Assembly: GCF_902459465.1 (NCBI RefSeq)
Contig: NC_047083.1
Coordinates: 9,920,001 to 9,984,000, forward strand
DNA length: 64,000 nucleotides
DNA from: Asterias rubens
Taxonomy: Eukaryota
Direction: 5' to 3'
The translations under genes and the position numbers were made by a program. Below, one piece after another: positions 12,768-26,246 of the stretch (position 1 is its first letter; each line of letters opens with the position of its first letter). The notes beneath the pieces were generated by a model that saw nothing but the letters and a program-made list of their open reading frames with translations, was not told where the DNA came from and did no database searches.

Positions 12768-15646
12768 CTGCAAGGGTAACGAACAAAGAATTTCATAAGG
12801 GCGTCACAATTTATTTAGTCTCTTGTAATCTGGTTAATACATTATAGAACCTTTATAAAAAACTTATTGATTGAGGAACATCATTTAAAGGGATTGAGAT
12901 GTATCACTAAAAGGGAGACGATTCTTTAAAAAATTGATCAATAAAAAATAAAAAAATTTAAAAATATCACAATTCAAAATATTTAAATTCTTGTTTTATA
13001 TGGAACCTTGAAGTATTTATAAATGCACTTTTGTATTTTATTTAGCATGTTTAGTCAGATTATTAAAAACCATGACTTGTCTCAAATCAGTTTGTGATGA
13101 AATCACAGCAATTAAAATAAAAATGTACACCAAAGTTCTTCCTTGCCCAATTGGTGCTAAGCACAAGTTCGTTTCATGCTAGAGTCCCATAGCAAATTGT
13201 GCTAAGCAAAATCTCACATTAATTATAGAACCTAGAAGTGTAACCAACTTATTGATTAAGAATTATCATTTAAAGACTAATGTCATGTTCAAACCATATA
13301 GCAAGCCTATCAATATATGGAATTGTGAACTCTTGAAAGTGATTTGGGGTTGGAAAAAAAACCTGTCTAGGGTGAGACTCAAACCAAAGACCTCCATATT
13401 AATTGTATTGTATTGAATTGTAATGTTTTATTCCAAACTGGAACACACCCCGTAACCCTGGGGGGGGGGGGGGTAACAATTTATATAAAAGCAAAATACA
13501 GTTAATGAATAAAACAAATAATCACACAGCATATAGCATTCATCTAAACAAGTCTACATGAGCAATAATCAACTGCAATGTCAATCTTGATTTATTGACA
13601 ATGTCTAAAGTTGAGAGTACAATAAGAGACAGATATAGCATTCATCTAAACAAGTCTGCATGAGCAATAATCAACTGCAATGTCCATCTTGGTTAATATA
13701 AAGATCAAACTTACTCCAAAAACTACAATTCAACTACTTTACATAGTTAGTCTGTGCAAACAATGATTTGAAATCATGGACAAAATAATTTCTGTTGCAA
13801 GAGTCTCCAGAATCACTCCCAAACAACAACAAATGTACACAAAGGAAAGTTTGGAAATATAAAAAAACAGAGAAGTACCATCAAATAAATTTCCATAAAA
13901 CTACAATTCAACTACTTTACAGTCTAGTCAGTCTGTGCAAACAATGATTTGAAATCATGAACAAAGTGATTTCTGTTGTAGTGGTTTCCTGAAACCGCCC
14001 CAAACAACAACAAAAAGTACAAAAAGGAGAAATGGTCAATTAGCATGAAATCAAATAGCCACTTTCGACTGTGTTTTAAGAAACTTTTATGAATGCACAC
14101 ATATATCGGGCCATCTGGGTCACAAGAAAATAGTGAAAAACATGAATGAAACAAAATATAAATGAGCAAAACGCTCACTGAGCAATAAACTCCAAACAGG
14201 AAATTAGTTTTATTTATTTCTCATCAAATGCGACATTTCAGACATAAATATTTCAAGGGATGTTTTCTGCCATTACCATCATTAGATCGTGTAATTTTAT
14301 GTAAATCTGTAATCTGAGCAATTCTGTAATGTTCCTAAACGCCCTGGACACAATTGGTAATTACTCAAAATAATTGTTAGCATAAAAACTTACTTTTTAA
14401 TGAGCAATAGTATGAGACATGGTGAGAAACGGCTCCCTCTGAAGTAGGTAGTTTATGAGAAAGAAGTAATTTCTCACTGAAACATTTGAATTGAAATCAA
14501 GACCTCGGCTAAGGTCTCGAAATCAAGCATCTGAAAGCACACAACTTGTGCGGCAAGCTTTTTTCTTTCTTCCATTACTCTCTCGCAACTTCGACGACCA
14601 ATTGGGTTGCAATTTTACAGGTTTGCTATTTTATGTTTAGATACACAAGTGAGAAGACTGGTCTTTGACAAAAACCAAGTGTCTCCAGTACCTTTAAATG
14701 TGATGATAACAATAAAATAAACAATTCACATTATTTTAGCTCTTATGGCATTTTCATAATTGCTTACAACTTTCCAATTACAAATGGAATCTTACTTACA
14801 AAGCAAGTTATGGCAAAATATACAATAGTTAGCTTTATTACATTTTAATGAGTAATGATTTTCAAAGCAACTCTTTGCATGCAATGTTAAACTTCATAGA
14901 ATGCTTCTCTTATCAAAAGGAAAAGGTTGCACTACTTAATGAACAACCCCATAATGTAATAATCAACCCTTTGCATGCTTCTATTTCTTGCAAATACTAT
15001 TTACTGCCCGATGGAATGTTTTTACAAAACCACTTAAAGCCAGTGGACACTATTGGTAATTGTCAAAGACTAGCCTTCACAGTTGGTGTATCTCAACATA
15101 TGCATAAAATAACAAACCTGTGAAAATTTGAGCTCAATCGGACATCGAAGTTGCGAGATAATAATGAAAGAAAAAACACCCTCGTCACACGGAAGTTCTG
15201 TGCCTTTAGATGGTTTTATTTGAGACCTCAAGTTCTAAACTTGAGGTCTTGAAATCAAATTCATGGAAAATTATTTCTTTCTCGAAAACTATGGCATATC
15301 AGAGGGAGCTGTTTCTCACAATGTTTTATACCATCAACCTCTCCCCATTACTTGTCACTGCTTTTAAAATAGACAAGCCAGTACTCAAGATATTTTTTCT
15401 CAAAACAACATTTTACTGCAAAATGCAAAACAAATAAAAAACTACAGAGTTGATTAGCAACCAAGTATTACAGAATCGATCCACTCAATGTCATAATATT
15501 GAGAATTGAAATTGAGTGATTATAAGCACTTTTTTTAGTGAAAAATCAGTTTGCATAATTTTGTGATTTAATTTGATTGACATATTGTGATGGTCAGTTT
15601 AATCCATGAGACAGTATTTGACCAGTATCATCATAATTAGATAACA

Positions 15647-18258
15647 TTACACCTTGTTATAAATCTTCACTGATTTGTTGTCAGCCACTGCAAGCTGCTG
15701 ACCATCTGATGTCAATGACATTCCACATGGGTTGTACAGACCCTGAGCAATACAGCTGATAAATCTCCCCTGAGTGTCATACTGATGAATATGACCAGTG
15801 TTGCAATCCTCATTGCACACTGCAATGTAGATAGTTGAGCTGTCACAGCATACACCTCTGCAGTATTCAACTTGTTGACTATCAATCTTTGGATTGATGC
15901 TGAATAATAAAGTACCAGTGAGTTCAACAATGTCTACTTGTTCCCCATCACCACTGACTACAACTCTGTCCTTGCTGTCAATGGCCAAGTAGCAAGGTCT
16001 AGTCTGAACTGAAACAGTGTCAATGAGTGAACCATCACTGGATCTGTGTTTAGTTATGACTGACCTCACTATATCCCCCACAATGATTGATGTATCCTTC
16101 ATGATTGCTACACTGCAGAGGTTCACTGATGTCTTGCCCACTTCACTATGAGGCACTGTGTGGAATTCAAACATCTGGTTGCCATTCCTATTGTACATCT
16201 TGACAGAGTTGGTCCCAATCTACAATCACTAACTGATTCTGGAATGCAGCAACAGCCCAAGGCTCTGGAAAACAAAAGAACAAATGGATAGGACCCAATA
16301 TAATGAATGATGATTCATTTGTAAACCACAATGTACTTTACATTATTTTGATTTTTGTACATACAAAGATTTTTTTGTTAAATGTTTCCTGTGTTGTAAA
16401 AGCTCTTTGAAAGTTGCTTCCAATTCAACTGTATACAATCTGACAGTATAACAATGACAACAATTTCTACTGATTGAAATTGTACTGAATTCACTCTTTT
16501 TAACTTTTTACCTTTTTTCCAAGATTTTACCTAAATTGCATTTCTTATTGATATTTATTTTAATCATTTTGTATAAACTTCCTTTGTTGGTGTTGGATAG
16601 AGGAATGTCAATTATTGAGAATGACAGCAGTAGAGTGGATTTAGTGATCATGCAGCGGATGAATGTAGTCCTAGTCTACAAGGTACAGTGAAATAGCAAG
16701 AACCATTCAATTTCATGACATACAGTTTGACTACCATCCATGGAAACCTTGTATTGATCACAACCAATGCTGTGATGTTTAAACATTTTAATGGTTGACT
16801 TGAGTGGAGAACTGCAAACAATGTTTGGTTAATATTCTCAGATTTGTTTGTGGTATTGGATTGGAATAAATCCTTAATTTAATGGAATACTCTTTGACTG
16901 TCAACCTAAAAACTAATCATTCAAGAGTACGTTTTGCGAAGTTTTATCTGAGATTTACAACAATATACCTCTGGTGAAAAGATTTGTAAGGAACTTACGG
17001 CTTGATGTGAAAGATTTCTTCTGGAGTCCCTTAGTGTTGTAGATTACCACTCTGTTATTCCCGTAGTCTGCCACTACCATCTCATCCCCAGGTACAGAGG
17101 CATCAATGTCCAAAGCCCCATCGATTCCTTCATCATACTCCAAACCAAGCTCCCACTTCGTACTCAGGTTACCCAGGGAGATGTCACAAACCCCTGCAGT
17201 GAATCTCAGATGGTCAAGGGTCAAATCTATCTTAGGTTGATTTTGATCTCCAAGTAATTTCAAGTCCTTACTGATTGTTGGATAGCTTGCAAGGAAGTCA
17301 GGCACTGATGAATTCTTGCTGATGTCTTTGGCAGTCTGCAGTGAATGATTTATTTGCTGTGAGTTTAGACGCACTGTTTGCTCAAATCCTCCAATTTCTT
17401 GTTCCGATCTTTAAGGATAGTTTTTATTTCATCCATGATGCGACTCTCTTGAGCTGTTACCTCAGCCCTGATCTCATCCGCTCTGTTCTTCACCTCTGCC
17501 ATGGTTCTCTTAGCTGCGATGTTTAGGTTGTCTTTCATTGTTGAGGCAGTTGCTTGAGATTGATCAAGCTTCTTCAGGGTTTCTTCAAGGGGAGTAAAGA
17601 GTTGAGCCAATGACTGTTTGTATGTGGATGAGGCTTGGTTGCAGTCAATATACTCATGTTGTGGTTTACAGTGATCGATGACAGTACAAGCTTGGCAAAT
17701 CATCATATTACATGTTTTGCAATAAAACCACATCACTTCACCTTCATGAGTTTGGCATTCTGGATGGCGTTTTGGTTTTGTCTTTTTCATTGCAATCTTT
17801 CCATCACTAATATCTTTCAAAGTCGCTACTATATGGCTTGCTGATGCTGGAATTTGATTGTGTATTTCATTGCAGTTTGCACAGATGATCATGAGGCAGT
17901 CACAACAGAAATACGTTGCTTCATTTTTCTCCTTGCATAATTTACAGACCAACTTGCTGTTTGCAGATAAGCTGACCTGCTCCAGTTGACCTGCAAGACC
18001 AGTTAAAATGAAGTTACTCTTGAAATCTTCAACACCCGTCTCAGGAAGTTGTGTCTCCTTTCGACACAAAGGACAAATAAGCATCTTTGCATCTTTGTAG
18101 TTGGTAGTCTGATATTCAAGTAAACAGTGTTTACAGAAGCTGTGAAGACAGTCTAGTAGTTTGGGTTCCCTGTACTCCTCGTGACAAATACTGCACTCCA
18201 GATAATCCTTTCGGATTTTCTCCAGAGCTGAACCTTGTGATGGTTTAGAAAATGCCAT
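15647..18258 (-). pseudogene. TRIM-NHL copy A, disrupted by two frameshifts (would give a 297-aa RBCC-only product)
   Basis: ATG at 18258 follows acceptor ttcag|ATCACAATG. Exon 1 runs to 16999 (C|gtaagt) and exon 2 is 16264-15647. There is a 1-nt loss at about 17385 (GATTTGAG vs GATTTTGAG in copy C), giving a stop at 17365, and a second frameshift near 16215 (GTAGATTGGGACC vs GTAGGATATGGGACC in B). Confidence 0.85.
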
Positions 18259-18379
18259 TGTGATCTGAATAAAAAAAAACACAATTACATGTAACAAACT
18301 AATTAATCAAATATTATAAACCGCAAGGGAATCTGACTAGGTAAATTTTAAATGATATGGGGTTAAACTAAGAAAATAC

Positions 18380-18546
18380 GACTAGAGTCAGACTCGAACC
18401 AGCGATCTCCGGAGTAACGTGTCGGCGCTCTACCTACTGAGCTATCTAGCCAACATAGAGTGACAAACAACACATGGCTTATAGCTCAGTTGGTAGAGCG
18501 CCAGCACATATTATCTGGAGGCAGTTGGTTCAAGTCCTACTCTAGT
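18380..18546. mobile_element. Back-to-back pair of tRNA-derived (SINE-type) heads upstream of the TRIM A coding exon
   Basis: Minus-strand head 18380-18451 and plus-strand head 18476-18546, each with an A box (TAGCTCAGTNGGTAGAGC) and a B box (GGTTCRAGTC); 24-nt spacer. Confidence 0.8.
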
Positions 18547-19178
18547 AAATATTTCTTTGTTCATTCTCAAATAAAAAGACTTAACATTCAGTTTGCACAA
18601 ACAGCTGATTGCTATTCTTCATCAAATTAAACCATGCATCATACATTAGATGGGAATGTAATGAAGCATTAACATTCTAAGTAAGACTGAAGATTTCTTT
18701 GATGTAGCATTTTGCAATCAGCTTTTAAGCAACCATAAGCAAACATTTAGTCAGCTAACAACAATAATTTAATACTAATTGGATTTGGAACTCTTTGGTT
18801 CAGCACTGAATATTGGGGATGCCAAATATAATAATATGAACTATGGAAATCAAGTCTTTCTGATTAAATGGTTGAGAACACTAAGGTGCAAGTATTTTAC
18901 AATATTTTGTTACAAATAAGCGGATCTGCTGCACTTTTCTTGAAAATAGCTATTTTTGTCTAGCAGTTTAAGCATAAAAATAATTTATGTCTCACTGAGA
19001 TTATTTTAGTGACTTTGTTTTACTATAAGTATAATTTCTTAAAAACTACACATCCTCAGCAAGCATAAAATTATGTACTGCACAAATTAAGTGGTATTGG
19101 TATACAATCTTAGGCCCGTTTTAAATAAGCTGGCAAAGTATTTTAGCAAAAATGAATCAGATTGTGATCTGTACTCAC

Positions 19179-19310
19179 CTAAGCACTTAGTACTGTTCAA
19201 AAAGATGTCCAAGATACGTGTCAGAATTTTCACTGAGTTAACAGCAGTCTCTTATTTCCTGGTAGAACTCAAAACTCTGTCGCAACAAATACAGTCACAA
19301 AAACACCTAC
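19179..19310 (-). other. Putative non-coding 5'UTR exon of TRIM A (upstream boundary approximate)
   Basis: Consensus donor AG|gtgagt at 19179/19178, conserved upstream of all four TRIM copies. The coding exon has an acceptor 6 nt before its ATG, so an upstream exon is required. Confidence 0.55.
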
Positions 19311-20349
19311 ATAGCAAGTTTGTACTATGTACTGTGAAGGGTGTGTCCAAAGTTGCTGGATCAATGTAAAACATACAACGTACGTACTGCAATACTGTAT
19401 GTTGACAATGAACTTCAGTGTCAAAGGTCATGGAGCTAGGGATACTGCACGTCTATTTGTTGTGGGGGGGGGGGCTGTTTAACAATGAACTTGGCAGTGT
19501 ACATGGTGTAAACAACTCCATGAGTGTACAACAACACATAGTGAACGTACAATGTACTGTATAGTAGTAGCCTACAGTGTGTTGACAATAAACTTCAGTG
19601 TCAAAGGTCATGGAGCTAGGGATACTGCACGTCTGTTTGTTGTCGGGGGGGGGGGGGGGGGGGGGGGGCTGTTTTAACAATGAACTTGGCAGTGTACATG
19701 GTGTAAACAACTCCATGAGTGTACAACACATAGAGTGATGAAGTTGTAAAGAGCGATATAGAAATAAGGTTATTATTACTAATCATAGAGCTGCTAAGCA
19801 CAAAAAATTGCTTAGCATGACATTTCTCGGTAAAAACAGGATTACCAACCAAATTTTCATTTGTTGCATATTGCTTGATACTGGTATTCAGCTGTTGTTT
19901 GCTATATCCTGAAAATCACGTGGAAATTTGGTTGGTAATCCTGTTTTTATCAAGGAAAAAAATTTCATGCTAAGCAAATTTTGTGCTTACAGGCTTTATG
20001 AAATTGAGCCCTGTATGCTACGGGAAATGAAACAGTACACAGGTGCACTTTTGTATTTTATTTCAAGTCAGATTATAAAAAAACATGACTTGTCTCAAAT
20101 CATTTTGTGATGAAATCACAGCAACTAAAATAAAAATGTACACCAGAGTTCTTCTTTGCCCAATTGGTGCTAAGCACAAGTTCATTTTATGCTTAGAGTC
20201 CCATAGCAAATTGTGCTGAGCAGAATTTCACATTAATTATAGAATCTAGAAGTATGTAACTAACTTATTGACTCAGAATAATCATTAAAAGAATACTGTC
20301 ATGATCAAACATTCTAAATGTATGGAATTATGAACTTTAAAAAATGATT

Positions 20350-20500
20350 TGGGGTTGAAAAAAGGAAAATTGTCTAGAGTGGGACTCAAACCAACGACCT
20401 CCAGATTTATGCCGGCGCTCTACCGACTGAGTGAGCTAGTCCTATACGTTGGCGGTCTTCCTATTTTATCAGTTTCTTTGTTCAGGGGTACCAGTCATTC
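20350..20500 (-). mobile_element. tRNA-like SINE head fragment (also at about 27870-28010; more degraded at about 13350, 44625 and 63320)
   Basis: gtgggactcaaaccaacgacctccag...ggcgctctaccgactgag reads as reverse B and A boxes. Confidence 0.6.
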
Positions 20501-22227
20501 CAGCTTTTATAAATGGCCACAAGATTTATACACAATGCACACAGACCAAGTTTGTACAATTGGAAAATACCTCTTGGATCAGAGCAGTTTTTACAAGACA
20601 AGGAAATTGAATAAGGAAGAGAGATGTGGAATAAATCTTCACATGACAGAAATAACAATAGAGTAGGAATCATCTCCAGATTTATTGACAATGTCTAAAG
20701 TTGGGAGTACAATAAGAGACAGATATAGCATTCATCCAAACAAGTCTACATAAGCAATAATCAACTGCAATGTCCATCTTGATTTATTGACAATGTCTAA
20801 AGTTGGGAGTACAATAAAAGACAGATATAGCATTCATCTAAACAAGTCTGCATGAGCAATAATCAACTGCAACGTCCATCTTGGTTAATATACAGATCAA
20901 ACTTACTCCAAAACTACAATTCAACTACTTTACATAGTTAGTCTGTGCAAACAATGATTTGAAATCATGGACAAAATAATTTCTGTTGCAAGAGTCTCCA
21001 AAATCACTCCCAAACAACAACAAATGTACACAAAGGAAAGTTTGGAAATATAAAAAAACAGAGAAGTACCATCAAATAAATTTCCATAAAACTACAATTC
21101 ACCTACTTTACAGTCTAGTCAGTCTGTGCAAACAATGATTTGAAATCATGAACAAAGTGATTTCTGTTGTAGTGGTCTACTGAAACCGCCCCAAACAACA
21201 ACAAAAAGTACAAAAAGGAGAAATGGTCAATTAGGATGAAATCAAATAGCCACTTTCGACTGTGTTTTAAATAACTTTTATGAGTGCACACAGATATCGG
21301 GCCATCTGGGTCACAAGAAAATAGTGAAAAACATGAATGATGCAAAATATAAATGAGCAAAACGCTCACTGAGCAATAAGCTCCAAACAGGAAATTAGTT
21401 TTATTTATTTCTCATCAAATGCGACATTTCAGACATAAATATTTCAAGGGATGTTTTCTGCCATCACCATCATTAGATCGTGTAATTTTATGTAAATCTG
21501 TAATCTGAGCAATTCTGTAATGTTCCTAAACGCCCTGGACACGATTGGTAATTACTCAAAATAATTGTTAGCATAAAAACTTACTTTTTAATGAGCAATA
21601 GTATGAGACATGGTGAGAAACGGCTCCCTCTGAAGTAGGTAGTTTATGAGAAAGAAGTAATTTCTCACTAAAACATTTGAATTGAAATCAAGACCTCGGC
21701 TAAGGTCTTGAAATCAAGCATCTGAAAGCACACAACTTGTGAAGCAAGTGTTTTTTTTTCTTCCATTACTCTCTCGCAACTTCGACGACCAATTGGGTTG
21801 CAATTTTACAGGTTTGCTATTTTATGTTTAGATACACAAGTGAGAAGACTGGTCTTTGACAAAAACCAAGTGTGTCCAGTACCTTTAAATGTGATGATAA
21901 CAATAAAATAAACAATTCACATTATTTTAGCTCTTATGGCATTTTCATAATTGCTTACAACTTTCCAATTACAAACGGAATCTTACTTACAAAGCAAGTT
22001 ATGGCAAAATATACAATAGTTAGCTTTATTACATTTTGATGAGTAATGATTTTCAAAGCAACTCGTTGCATGCAATGTTAAACTTCATAGAATGCTTCTC
22101 TTATCAAAAGGAAAAGGTTGCACTACTTAATGAACAACCCCATAATGTAATAATCAACCCTTTGCATGCTTCTATTTCTTGCAAATACTAGTTCCTGCCC
22201 GATGGAATGTTTTTACAAAACCACTTA

Positions 22228-22608
22228 AAGCCAGTGGACACTATTGGTAATTGTCAAAGACTAGCCTTCACAGTTGGTGTATCTCAACATATGCATAAAA
22301 TAACAAACATGTGAAAATTTGAGCTCAATCGGACATCAAACTTGTGAGATAATAATGAAAGAAAAAACACCCTTGTCACATGGACGTTCTGTGCCTTTAG
22401 ATGGTTTTATTTGAGACCTCAAGTTCTAAACTTAAGGTCTTGAAATCAAATTCATGGAAAATTAGATCTTTCTCGAAAACTATGGCATATCAGAGGGAGC
22501 TGTTTCTCACAATGTTTCATACCATCAACCTCTCCCCATTACTCGTCGTCAAGAAAGGTTTTATGCTAATAATTATTTTGAGTAATTAACGATAGTGTTC
22601 ACTGCTTT
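22228..22608. mobile_element. Same TTAA family in the TRIM 3' flank (copies at about 15037-15362 with deletion and 46668-47047; opposite-orientation copies at about 14337-14692, 21530-21885 and 45970-46325; intronic copies at about 12051-12338, 43325-43612 and 62065-62350)
   Basis: ttaa|agccagtggacactattggtaatt ... gatagtgttcactgctt|ttaa termini and a shared internal sequence; no transposase ORF. Confidence 0.8.
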
Positions 22609-22890
22609 TAAAATAGACAAGCCTGTCCTCAAGATATTTTTTCTCAAAACAACATTTTACTGCAAAATGCAAAACAAATAAAAAATTACAGAGTTGATTT
22701 GGAACCAAGTATTACAGAGTCGATCCACTCAATGTCATAATATTGAGAATTGAAATTGAGTGGTTATTAGCACTTTTTTTAGTGAAAAATCAGTTTGCAT
22801 AATTTTGTGATTTAATTTGATTGACATATTGTGATGGTCAGTTTAATCCATGAGACAGTATTTGACCAGTATCATCTTTATTAGATGACA

Positions 22891-25523
22891 TTACACCTTG
22901 TTATAAATCTTCACTGATTCCTTGTCTGCCACTGCAAGCTGCTGACCATCTGATGTCAATGAGATTCCACATGGGTGGTACGGACCCTGAGCAATACAGC
23001 TGATAAATCTACCCTGAGTGTCATACTGATGAATATGACCAGTGTTGCAACGCCTATTGCGCACTGCAATGTAGATAGCTGAGCTGTCACAGCATACACC
23101 TTTGCAGTATTCAACATGTTGACTATCAATCTTTGGATTGATGCTGAATAATAAAGTACCAGTGACTTCTACAATGTCTACTTGTTTCCCCCCACCACTG
23201 ACTACAACTCTGTCCTTGCTGTCAATGGCCAAGTAGCAAGGTCTAGTCTGAACTGAAACAGTGTCAAGGAGTGAACCATCACTGGATCTGTGTTTAGTTA
23301 TAACAGACCTCTCTATATCCCCCACAATGATTGATGTATCCTTCATGATTGCTACACTGTGGAGGTCTACTGATGACTTGCCCACTTCACTATGAGGCAC
23401 TGTGTGGAATTCAAACATCTGGTTGCCATTCCTATTGTACATCTTGACAGAGTTGGTCCCATATCCTACAATCACTAACTGATTCTTGAGTGCAGCAACA
23501 GCCTGAGGGCCTGGAAAACAAAGAACAAATGGATAGGACCCAATATAATGAATGATGATTCATTTGTAAACCACAATGTACTTTACATTATTTTGATTTT
23601 TGTACAAATACAAAGTTTTTTTTTGTTAAATGTTTCCTGTGTTGTAAAAACTCTTTGAAAGTTGCTTCCAATTCAACTGTATACAATCTGACAGTATAAC
23701 AATAACAACAATTTCTACTGATTGAAATTGTACTGAATTCATTGTTTTTAACTTTTTACCTTTTTTCCCCAGATTTTACCTAAATTGTATTTCTTATTGA
23801 TATTTATTTTAATCATTTTGTATAAACTTCCTTTGTTGGTGTTGGATAGAGGAATGTCAATTATTGAGAATGACAGCAGTAGAGTGGATTTAGTGATCAT
23901 GCAGTGGATGAATGTAGTCCTAGTCTACAAGGTACAGTAAAATAGCAAGAACCATTCAATTTCATGACATACAGTTTGACTACCATCCATGGAAACCTTG
24001 TATTGATCACAACCAATGCTGTGATGTTTAAACATTTTAATGGTTGATTTGAGTTGAGAACTGCAAACAATGTTTGGTAAATATTCTCAAATTTGTTTGT
24101 GGTATTGGATTGGAATAAATCCTTATTTTAATGGAATATTAAACTTTGACTGTCAACCTGAAAACTAATCATTCAAGAGTACTTTTTGCAAAGTTTTATC
24201 TGAGATTTACAACAATATACCTCCGACTAAAAGATTTGTAAGGAACTTACTGCTTGATAGTGGGAAAGTTTTCTTCTGTTGTCCCTTACTGTCGTAGATT
24301 ACCACTCTGTTTTTCCAGTTGTCTGCCACTGCCATCTCATCCCCAGGTACAGAGGCATCAATGTCATAAGCCCCATTGATTCCTTCACCATACTCCAAAC
24401 TAAGCTCCCACTTTGGCTCCTTCATACTCAGGTTACCCAGGGAGATGTCACAAACTCCTGGGGTGAATCCCAGATCGTCCAGGGTCAAATCTATCTTAGG
24501 TTGATTTTGATCTCCAAGTAATTTCAAGTCCTTACTGATTCTTGGATAGCTTGCAAGGAAGTCAGGCACTGATGAATTCTTGCTGATGTCTTTGGCAGTT
24601 TGCAGTGAATGATTTATTTGCTGTGAGTTTAGACGCACTGTTTGCTCAAATTCCTCCAATTTCTTGTTCCGATCTTTAAGGATAGTTTTTATTTCATCCA
24701 TGATGCGACTCTCTTGAGCTGTTACCTCAGCCCTGATCTCATCCGCTCTGTTCTTCACCTCTGCCATGGTTCTCTTAGCTGCAATGTTGAGGTTGTCTTT
24801 CATTGTTGAGGCAGTTGCTTGAGATTGATCAAGCTTCTTCATGGTTTCTTCAAGGGGAGTAAAGAGTTGAGCCAAAGACTGTTTGTATGTGGATGAGGCT
24901 TGGTTGCAGTCAATATACTCATGTTGTGGTTTACAGTGATCTATGACAGTACAAGCTTGGCAAATCATCATACTACATGTTTTGCAATAAAACCACATCA
25001 CTTCACCTTCATGAGTTTGGCATTCTGGATGGCGTTTTGGTTTTGTCTTTTTCATTGCAATCTTTCCATCACTAATATCTTTCAAAGTCGCTACTATATG
25101 GCTTGCCGATGCTGGAATTTGATTGTGTATTTCATTGCAGTTTGCACAGATGATCATGAGGCAGTCACAACAGAAATACGTTGCTTCATTTTTCTCCTTG
25201 CATAATTTACAGACCAACTTGCTGTTTGCAGATAAGCTGACCTGCTCCAGTTGACCTGCAAGACCAGTTAAAATGAAGTTACTCTTGAAATCTTCAACAC
25301 CCGTCTCAGGAAGTTGTGTCTCCTTTCGACACAAAGGACAAATAAGCATCTTTGCATCTTTGTAGTTGGTAGTGTGATATTCAAGTAAACAGTGTTTACA
25401 GAAGCTGTGAAGACAGTCTAGTAGTTTGGGTTCCGTGTACTCCTCGTGACAAATACTGCACTCCAGATAATCCTTTCTGATTTTCTCTAGAGCTGAACCT
25501 TGTGATGGTTTAGAATATGCCAT
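22891..25523 (-). CDS. TRIM-NHL E3 ubiquitin ligase copy B (RING-Bbox1-Bbox2-coiled coil-NHL), intact, about 630 aa
   Basis: Exon 25523-24251 (1273 nt, phase 1, A|gtaagt) joins exon 23510-22891 (620 nt). C3HC4 RING CSIC...CLHSFCKHC...CPLC, two B-boxes, a helical region, and NHL repeats (e.g. PCYLAIDSKDRVVVS, HPCGISLTSDGQQLAVAD). Confidence 0.93.
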
Positions 25524-25638
25524 TTTGATCTGAATAAAAAAAAACACAATTAACAAACTAATTAATCAAATATTAAAAACTGCAAGGGAATCCGACTAAG
25601 TAAATTTTAAAAGATATGGGGTTGAACTAAGAAAATTG

Positions 25639-25805
25639 GACTAAAGTGGGACTTGAACCAGCGACCGCCGGAGTAGCGTGCCGATGCTCTACCAACTGAG
25701 CTATCTAGCCAACATAGAGTGACAAACAACACATGGCTTATAGCTCAGTTGGTAGAGCGCCAGCACATATTATCTGGAGGCAGTTGGTTCAAGTCCCACT
25801 CTAGT
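25639..25805. mobile_element. Back-to-back tRNA-like pair (TRIM B)
   Basis: Heads at 25639-25710 (-) and 25735-25805 (+). Confidence 0.8.
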
Positions 25806-26182
25806 AAATTTGTCTTGGTTCAACCTCAAATAAAAAAATAGCTGATGCTATTCTACATCAAATTGAACCATGTATCGTACATTAAAGGGAAGGTATACTA
25901 ATGGTAATTGTCAAAGACCAGTGTTGTACGAATTTGTGTGCTTTCAGATAGGAATAAAAGATATTCTAGCTAGAAGCCTTTAATTATTTAAGTGAGAAAT
26001 TACCTCTATTTCAAAAACTACGTTACTTCAGAGGGAGTCATTTCCCAAAATGTTTTATACTATCAACAGCTCAACAAGAAAGGTTTTGTGCTAATAATTA
26101 CTTTGAGTAATTTACCAATAGTGTCCACTGCCTTTAAGAGGCGACCCTTTAAAGTAAAGTTCTAAGAATTCCACCTCCGTAC

Positions 26183-26246
26183 CTTTCTCAATGAAAGCCT
26201 TGACCTTGTCTTCCTTCACCGTCTGCTTCACTTGGCTCACCTCTTC
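26183..26246 (-). pseudogene. NOSIP: Orphan NOSIP exon 4 (EEVSQVKQTVKEDKVKAFIEK) inside the TRIM B 5'UTR intron
   Basis: 64-nt near-identical copy of 11252-11315 with intact ag and gt, flanked by NOSIP intron sequence (about 26020-26295). Confidence 0.9.

Larger units (their letters stand above)
5385..14700. repeat. NOSIP-containing duplication unit 1 (paralogous to about 36486-46330 and 52773-64000)
   Basis: Homology begins abruptly at acagtgccagttatgactcg (5385, 36486, 52773) and is colinear through NOSIP and the TRIM 3' flank. Confidence 0.9.

Noticed and set aside
15210-15437. Recurrent MVLFETSSSK... ORFs as a transposase
   Set aside because: They are short ORFs within roughly 380-bp non-autonomous elements, with no catalytic motif visible.
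18380-18546. Two genuine tRNA genes
   Set aside because: Anticodon and T stems mispair, the sequences differ among the four copies at stem positions, and related degraded heads are scattered nearby; these are SINE-type.
17341-25205. Plus-strand ORFs overlapping TRIM exons
   Set aside because: Antisense shadows of the coding strand; they recur only because the gene is duplicated.
26183-26246. In-frame N-terminal fusion of the orphan NOSIP exon to TRIM B
   Set aside because: The exon ends in phase 1 and the TRIM acceptor lies 6 nt before the ATG, so the join is out of frame; the exon also has no ATG.
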